From contig OX597824.1 of the NCBI GenBank assembly GCA_951406725.2, positions 82,956,001 through 83,020,000 of the forward strand: a DNA stretch of 64,000 nucleotides, in the 5' to 3' direction. A model generated the notes under the pieces. The model did not search any database and was not told where the DNA came from. It saw only the letters and a program-made list of their open reading frames with translations. A program made the position numbers and the translations under genes. Source of the stretch: Octopus vulgaris (lineage: Eukaryota). Below are positions 55,932 to 64,000 of the stretch, piece by piece (position 1 is the stretch's first letter; each line of letters starts with the position of its first letter).

Positions 55932-57026
55932 ATACACAGGGACGAATACAAGCTTTGAAACCCCAAAGGTCTGGAGAATCGATCACAAAAGTTTAGGGGA
56001 AGATTTTGCGGCTGTGTGGCTTCACGAATTAGACAGTGGCAGTAGCAACAGCAGCAGCATGTGGAGGCGCAATGGCCCAGTGGTTAGGGCTGTGGACTTA
56101 CGGTCGTAAGAAAGCGGTTTCGATTCCAAGACCGGGCATTGTGAGTGTTTATTTAGCAAAAACACCTAAAGCTCCACGAGACTCCAGCAGGGGTTGGGTG
56201 GTGAACCCCGCTGTACTCTTTCACCACTTTTTCTCACTCTTTCTTCCTACTTCTGCCACAAAGCAGAGGAACCGTGGTGTAACCCACTATGGTGTGGTAA
56301 ACTTTAATGACGCCATCCCACAAAATCAGCTGGCCTTGTGCCGAAATTAGAAACAATCATTACTATTATTATTATTATTATTATTATCATCATCGCCGAG
56401 GTCGACTTTGCCAGTCATCCTTTCGAAGTCGTTAAATTAGACTAGTCACCGCCCACCAAATTTCAGGCCTCGTGCCTTTAGTAGAAAGGATTAATATTAT
56501 TATTGTTGTTGTTGCGAAGGTGGCGAACTGGCAGAATCGTTAGCACTCAGAACGAAATGCTTAGCGGGGTTTCGTCTGCCGCTATGCTCTGAGTTCAAAT
56601 TCCGCCGAGGTCGACTTTGTCTTTCATCTTTTCGGGGGTCGATGAAATAAATACCAGCTACGCACTGGGGTCGACGTAATCGACTAGTCCCCTTCCCCCC
56701 AAAATTATCAAGACCTAGAGTAGAAGTAATTATTGTTGTTATAACTTCGAGTTGTTGTTTTGTCCCATGTCAACCTTGAACCAGTAACCCTATGTTACGC
56801 CCTTCCCTTTTTCAAAGATACTACACGGACAATAGAAGCGTTGTTCAGCCCCTGGTCAGACCAGATCAAACGCGTTCCGGTTAAACGCATTTCGGTCATG
56901 ATCCAGTCGTCCTCTCTTTGGTCATTGCATGTGTGCATATATGAACATCCTCTTCTGCTTTCAATTTCTTAAATTCGTCCTCCGAGGAAGGAACTGGTTT
57001 CTAACAAACATACTAAACTCCATAGT

Positions 57027-57310
57027 GGAGGCATATAGTCTAGTGGTTAGAGCAGCGGACTCGCGGTCGAGAGATCGCGGGTTCGAATCTCAGACCGGGT
57101 GTTTATGAGCAAAACACCTAAGCTCCACACGGCTCCGGCAGAAGGTAATAGCGAACTTCTGCTGACTCTTTTGCCACAACTTTCTCTCACTCTTACCTCC
57201 TGCATCTTGCAGCTCACCTGCGACGGACCGACGTCCTGTCCAGGTGGGGAACCTATACGCCAAGGAAACCGGCCCTTATGAGCCAGGCATGGCTCGAGAA
57301 GGAACAAACA
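57027..57310 (+). mobile_element. tRNA-derived SINE with V-domain-like segment
   Basis: A-box TAGTCTAGTGG, B-box GGTTCGAATC, GCGACGGACCGACGTCCTGTCCAGG. Confidence 0.7.
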
Positions 57311-58485
57311 AACCAAGCTCATCGTTGGAATGTAGATAACAAAAACAATGTCACATCCTAAACTTGAAAAAAGTCTTACATGTTTTTACTGTTCCACTTA
57401 CAAATTATATTTGCAATGTGCGAGTTAGTTGGTGACAGTATGTATGTATGTATGTGGGGTTTCCGTAAGACACGGTTGACTCTTCCTCTGTACATTTAGG
57501 TGGGTGGGATTCTTTTGAGGAAGCCTAGTAGTTACCGATGCATTCGAGTTTCCTCTCTTCGCGCTAACGATGTTTATCCAAAGGAAACACCACCGATATG
57601 GGCATCATTGTTGTAGCAAGAATCGGAACAGATACTATGGGACAGATAACTACAGTTCCAGCAATACATCAGTCCTGGTTTGCTACTTTATTTATCGACC
57701 CCGAAATGATAAAAAATCAAAAGTGACGTCGATGGGATTTGAACTTACAACGCAGCCTCGGAACAAATATCGTGAGGTAGTCTATCCAATACTTTATCGA
57801 CTCTGCTACTTCGCCGCCTTCATTGTGTCCCTCTCTCTCTCTCTCTCCCAAAACGGAAAGGGAATATTTGGCTACTATTTCTAGTAAGACAAGTGGCTGG
57901 GCAGGAGCTCCTTGAAATTAGATGTGAAACATGTTGAGAGTTATCTACCCTGAAGATTGTAAATTTATAAGTTTTCAGTCGACGTTTCTGCCTCCATTGT
58001 TTAGTATATCTTTTTCATTATTTTCTCACTACATGGCTAGCAGGCAGGGGCAGATAACTAACAACTCATATCATAAATTCCGACCCAACCCAAATCCCTG
58101 CGAATTAAGCAGGCGGGCGCACATTAGATATCCACTTATCTGTGCGTGTGTGTGTCCGTGTCCGTGAGACGGAATCTCCCGTCGATGACGACGTGAGTGT
58201 TCCGTTTTAGCTGAACGACCTGTGCAAACGATTTGTCGTTAGTCATCGAATGTATTTGATGGTCATTAGCTCACTCCGTCTATCAAATTGACGTTGACTG
58301 CACAGGTGCAAAAGTGTACCACGGGTCAGGTATCGAAGCGATTGCAGAACAACGTCAAGATGAAGTATTTTGCTCAAGAACACAACGCAGCACCCAGTCC
58401 AGGAATTGAGACCATGATCTCGTGATCATGAGGGCAACTCCCTAACCACTAGGCCATGTGCCCTAATATATAAATATATATATAT

Positions 58486-58710
58486 ACACAAAATTTAGAG
58501 GACTGACCTCTAAAAGTGGACAGCCTATATGCTAAACATAGACGTCAAATCGCCATTACCACAAAGAAGGTGTTCTCAGAAAAATCTCAGAAAAAAACAA
58601 AATGTAAAAATATTGCTGAGATTTTTCCTGAGAACACCTTCTTCGTGGTAATGGCGATTTGACATCTATGTTTAGCATATAGGGTGGTCAGTCCTCTAAA
58701 TTTTGTATGT
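58486..58710. repeat. Inverted repeat (~95-bp arms) next to (AT)n
   Basis: CAAAATTTAGAGGACTGACC..CTCAG / CTGAG..GGTCAGTCCTCTAAATTTTG. Confidence 0.85.
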
Positions 58711-58804
58711 AAAACAATGTTTAATCTTCGGATTTTTTAAAATATGCTAAGCCACTGGTTTTAATTGATTAATATCAATTTCTACCCTTATTTAATTTCA
58801 TATA

Positions 58805-59200
58805 TCTTTATATATAAAAGTGAAGTTGTGTGTCTGTCTCCTACGATTTAGATTCCTAACTACTCCCACATTTTGCGGTGCAGTTTAACCAAAACCGGGT
58901 ATCTTATAGTCGTGATTCATATCGAGCCCTTCTGGGTATTAGCGCGCGTCTACGATGAGTCTACAATTTAAAAAAAATTTACCATCATTTTATTCCATTT
59001 TAATGCATTTTTTCGCTATTATATAAGGGAAGTAACTCTCTAAAATGTCTACGATGAGTCAACGATTTAAAAAAAAAATTTACCATCATTTTTTTTCTAT
59101 TCTTAATGCATTTTTTGCTATTTTTTGGCTATAACTCTCTAAAAATGCTTATATAGTTATTTCCCTTACAAACCCGAGCAACGCCGGGCGATACTGCTAG
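58805..59200 (+). mobile_element. Non-autonomous Helitron
   Basis: A|TCTTTATATATAAA start, CCCGAGCAACGCCGGG hairpin, CTAG|T end; internal ~100-bp direct repeat. Confidence 0.85.
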
Positions 59201-59912
59201 TATATATATTGTGTGTGTGTGTGTGTTAATGATTGCTTTACATTAGTATCGAAGTAAATGGGTGTGTAGCGTGATGGGGGTTGGGAAAGGGGTAACGTCT
59301 GGCTCAGTAAAATAACTGTTAAACCACATCAAATGGAAGTGTCACATTTGGCAGTTGTGTGATTTGCTGCGAACGACAAATAAACTGGGGAACGAGGGAG
59401 GAAATGGGCGGGGAAGTAGCTCTCACCCCCACTCCTTCCTTCCTTTCCTCCCCACACACATTACACTACCTAATCAAAAACGGGGGGGAGGGGGTAGGCA
59501 AACGGTAAGAGAAGGCGAAGGGTTCCAGTTAGAATGTCACGTCACGAGTCAAAAATTAAGATTTAATGCAGAGACAAAACAGCCACAGAAGAGTTTCACC
59601 CACGGCCCCCCACAAAAAGTAAAAGTGAGTTTGGGTTGAACGTACGGCATTAGTCCTTAAGCTAAGCTTTCTTTTTTTTTTTTTTACACGCAGTGTTTAA
59701 CATGTCTAGCTCTCTTATGATTTAACCGTGTAATTGCTTGAGTGAAACTTAAAACATAATCTTATCATTATATATTAATCGAAGTGTACAGTATTAAATA
59801 TCCATTACGGTCGATTTTACCAATCAGTTTCGCACTAGGGGTTCAACGGAATGTTAGGTAACAGTTCGATTACGTAACCCTGCGCTCTTCAGAGGAGGCC
59901 GTTATCTATCTA

Positions 59913-59960
<48 letters not shown>

Positions 59961-60034
59961 GGTTTGATGGTGCAGACAAAGAAAATAGAACTCAAAACAT
60001 GAGTGTATATATGTTTTTTTTTCATTAAGGATTG

Positions 60035-60138
60035 GCAGAGGTTACAAAGTGACTGAAGAGCCGAGAGTTCCATGTGTTGGCACTTATCAAGCACTTGTCA
60101 CGAAACTCTCAGTCCTCGAGTCACCCTGTAACTCCTAC
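60035..60138 (-). ncRNA. Candidate miRNA-precursor-like hairpin
   Basis: Bulge-free 40-position stem with 9 G-U pairs, 3 mismatches and a 24-nt loop; folds well only on the minus strand; single copy in the window. Confidence 0.55.
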
Positions 60139-60145
60139 TGACTGT

Positions 60146-60258
<113 letters not shown>

Positions 60259-60386
60259 CACGCGTGTGTGTTTTTGTCCTGAGATTTTCAAAAGAAAACA
60301 GCTTAATTTCGCTGCCCAGCAATATATACACACACACACAGATGAGAAGAGAATAGTTAGTAAAACAAACTCTAAATATCTAACAA

Positions 60387-60428
<42 letters not shown>

Positions 60429-62168
60429 CCTGAAATTTGCGGGGAGGACGCTAGTTGAACCCAGATGTTCAACTGGTACATATTTTATCGTCTCCGAACG
60501 GATAAAAGGCAAGGACGACCTCGGCAAACTTTGAACTTGGAACGAAATACCATTGAAAAATTTCCCCGATGTTTTAACGATTCTATTATATCAATAATAA
60601 TATAAGCGATGGTGCTGGGGACAGTTTAAGTTCTTTGAAAAAGCCAGGCAGCTAGAAGGTCTGTGGGGGAAAAAAATAAAGTGGAGTAACTCCTTGCAAA
60701 TATCTACTAGAAGATTGTATATATATATAAACAAGGCAGTGGGGATAAGACATGCAGAAGAACTAAGATGCCAACAAGCGTAAGTGCGAGTGCAGCAGAG
60801 AGAGTAAATAAAGGTTAATACCACAAATGACTTCTGCTTCTTACCATCGCCAATAGCAGTGAGAAGATGTATAAATAATATCATTCCAATGACTTGGTCA
60901 TTTTAAAACTAGATTCAGCTTAAATAACAAAAATAATGCAGACCCACAACCCGCTAAATCCGGATATCACAAGTGCACAAAAACAAAACACAGTCAGACG
61001 TAAGACTAGGTACAATTAACATAGACAAACACAACGAAACATCACCATCCTTCTTGACTCTCTGTATTATCACTCTGATTACAATGTGTGTATATATGTA
61101 TACATATACATATGTGTGTATATACATGTATATGTGTGTGTACACTTACAAATGTATGCATGCACTGTATTATGTGAGTATATATATATATATTTATGTA
61201 TGTATGTATGTATGTATGTACGCAAACAAGCAAGCACACGTTACTCAACTGTTAATAGTATCTACAAAATCACTGTACATTGAGCATAGCAAAATGGTGT
61301 GGTGGTGGTGGTAGTGGTGGCATTGGTAGCTGTGATGGTAGAAACAAGGAAAAGTGATGGAGGTGGTGGGATGCGGGGGTGATGGGGCGTGGGAGAGGGG
61401 CAATGAAGTGGGGTCTGGTGAGGTGGGGAAGTGATTTATTTATATATTTATTTATTTATATTTAAAAATTAATTGAAGGACCTGAAGAAACAGATAAATG
61501 CTCAGCTCCCTAATAAATTCTCATGTAATGTTTCTTTCACCTTTTTTTATATATTCAATAATTAATTAATTTTTTTTTTCATTTTTTTTTTTTAGTTTTG
61601 TCAGAATTGGATAAAGATAATTAATATTATTTTTCTGCTTAAACATTAAAAATTTTACGATTCTCAAACAAAATAGATTCATATATATATATATTATAAT
61701 AATAATTGTTATTGATTTTAATTTATTATGATTTATATATATACATATTATATATATATATATATATCTCGTGTGTGTATGTGTGTACAATATTTAAAAT
61801 ATGTTAAATATGATTTATTATATAACATTATATATGTATGTGAATATTTATGCATGTATAAGAATGTGTCTCTCTCTTTCTATTCATATATATATATAAC
61901 TATTTATATATATATATAACTATATACATTTTCATAACGAAATATAAATGACACACTTTGTGAGTGAGTGAGTGAGAAGTATTTGCAGAATGAAGAAATG
62001 TGCTGCGTGAAAGTGTAATACACATTAAAAAGAAAGACCCAACAACAACAACAACAAACAAAAATCTTTATAATGTTGAATGCTGCAGGGTGTATAGAGT
62101 GAGTCGTTAAACCTTAATATACAACATGTGAACATGTGATAACTGAAGATTTGTATGATACATCACAG

Positions 62169-62208
<40 letters not shown>

Positions 62209-62377
62209 TATATATGCATGTATATATATATATATATATATTATACAATATATATGTATATATGCACACATGTGCATATATATATACATGCAATATATAT
62301 GTATACACAGACAATAATATATATATATATATTTACACAGACAATATATATATAGACTATATATATAGATATATAGG

Positions 62378-62463
<86 letters not shown>

Positions 62464-62482
62464 TATATTATATATATATATA

Positions 62483-62624
<142 letters not shown>

Positions 62625-63221
62625 TATATATAGACAATATACATGTATGTGTGTGTGTGTGTGTGTGTACATATATATTGTAGCATAGGAAGCTGGATTG
62701 ATTATCTTTATTACAAAATTTTTTTTTTTTTTTACTTTTACAACTTTGCTATTGAGCTGCAAATATTCAACATCAATTACATTGCTTTAAGCTTTGCATT
62801 AAATACAGGGTTACCAAAACATCTCTCATGTAGTCTCCACCTACCTTAAATATATCATTCTTAAATGTGAACCTTCCAGGATTTCATAAACAACACTATA
62901 TCAAAATTTTCAACCATAATAAAATATGCCACACACGCTATGATGTATGTGTGTGTGTGTATGTATATATGTGTGTGTGTGTTTGTGCGAGTGAGTGCGC
63001 ATACGTCACAAAAGAATGAACACGTACCCCGTCCTTCAATTTCCCAGCACACCAATAGCAAGAATAAGCCATGGCAAACATGTCGCTTTTTGGTTTTTTC
63101 TGTTTTTTTTTTCCTTTTAGTTTTTTTTTTTTTTAAATTTTAAAAACGTGTCTCATAAAAAAATACAACTGTTAGACAACGATCAATAAGGTTTCCAGGA
63201 GGGAGAGAAATAAGACAAAGT

Positions 63222-63254
<33 letters not shown>

Positions 63255-63439
63255 GGGTGGTGTTTTGTGTGGTGGTGGCAGGAGGAGAGTGTAGTGTATG
63301 TGGGTGTGTATATGACGAGGAGGAGGAGGAGGGGATAAATATAGTCAAAAGGGACAAAAAAAAAAAAATGAAATTCTTACAATTAATAAATATTTAACAC
63401 AAAAACAAAAAAAATAGACAAAAATTATTGCTAAATTAA

Positions 63440-63960
63440 TAATGGCTTCAAATTTTGCCTCAAGGGCAGCATTTTGGGGCTGGAGATGAGTTGATTACAT
63501 CGACCCTAGTATTTAACTGGTACTTATTTCATCGACCCTGAAAGGATGATAGGCAAAGTTGACCTTAGCAGACTTTGGACTCAGAATGTAAAGCTGCTAA
63601 GCATTTTGCCTGGCAGGTTAACGATTCTGTCAGCTTGCTGCCTTAATAATAATAATAATAATCTTTTCTACTATAGGCACAAAGGCCTGAAATTTTGAGG
63701 GAGGGCAGGAGCTAGTTGATTACATTGACCCCCAATGCTCAACTAGTACTCAACTAGTATCTCTTCTAGGCACAAGGACCGGAATTTTGGGTGGAGGGTG
63801 CCAGTCAATTAGTAAGCAAGTGGTACTTAATTTATCGACCCTGAAAAGACGAAAGGCAAAAACCAACTTCAGCGGAATTTGAACTCAGAACATAAGGACA
63901 GACGAAATACCACTTAGCGTTTCGCCTGGCATGTTAATGTTTCTGCCAGCTCGTTGCCTT
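63440..63960 (-). mobile_element. Cluster of diverged Meta-SINE copies
   Basis: TCGACCCTGAAAGGATGATAGGCAAAGTTGACC-type motifs twice. Confidence 0.75.
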
Positions 63961-64000
63961 AGTGATAGTCATTTTATTGTCCCTGTAAGGACGAATTGTG

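Noticed and set aside
60053-60114. CTGAAGA...CGAAAC on the plus strand of the 60-kb hairpin as a hammerhead
   Set aside because: Stems I and II do not form in hammerhead geometry; the minus-strand hairpin explains the sequence better.

Overview
AT-rich eukaryotic intronic/intergenic DNA, most likely from an octopus or other coleoid cephalopod (inferred from the SINE repertoire and very high microsatellite load). No intact protein-coding gene is visible, and nearly all listed ORFs are microsatellite or SINE artefacts. The window holds tRNA-derived SINEs (CORE-, Meta- and V-domain types), three decayed R4/Dong-type LINE fragments in trinucleotide tracts, a ~558-bp non-coding element that also sits in (TAA)n, a CR1/L2-group LINE 3' end whose tail is shared with the commonest SINE, two non-autonomous Helitrons, several MITEs and two Penelope-like (GIY-YIG) fragments. 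The strongest hidden signal is a dense, diverse set of hammerhead-ribozyme motifs (about 15 intact or degenerate), nearly all inside short non-coding units beside (AT)n. These include a 456-nt tandem unit with a 5' inversion, a 460-nt terminally redundant monomer with a textbook hammerhead, a palindromic family with a hammerhead on each strand, U3-A8 compensatory cores and a possibly permuted (type II-like) core. A unique 40-bp, G-U-rich minus-strand hairpin at 60.0-60.1 kb looks like a miRNA precursor or ADAR substrate, and a few candidate minus-strand exons hint at a host gene. All folds were derived by eye; no searches were run.
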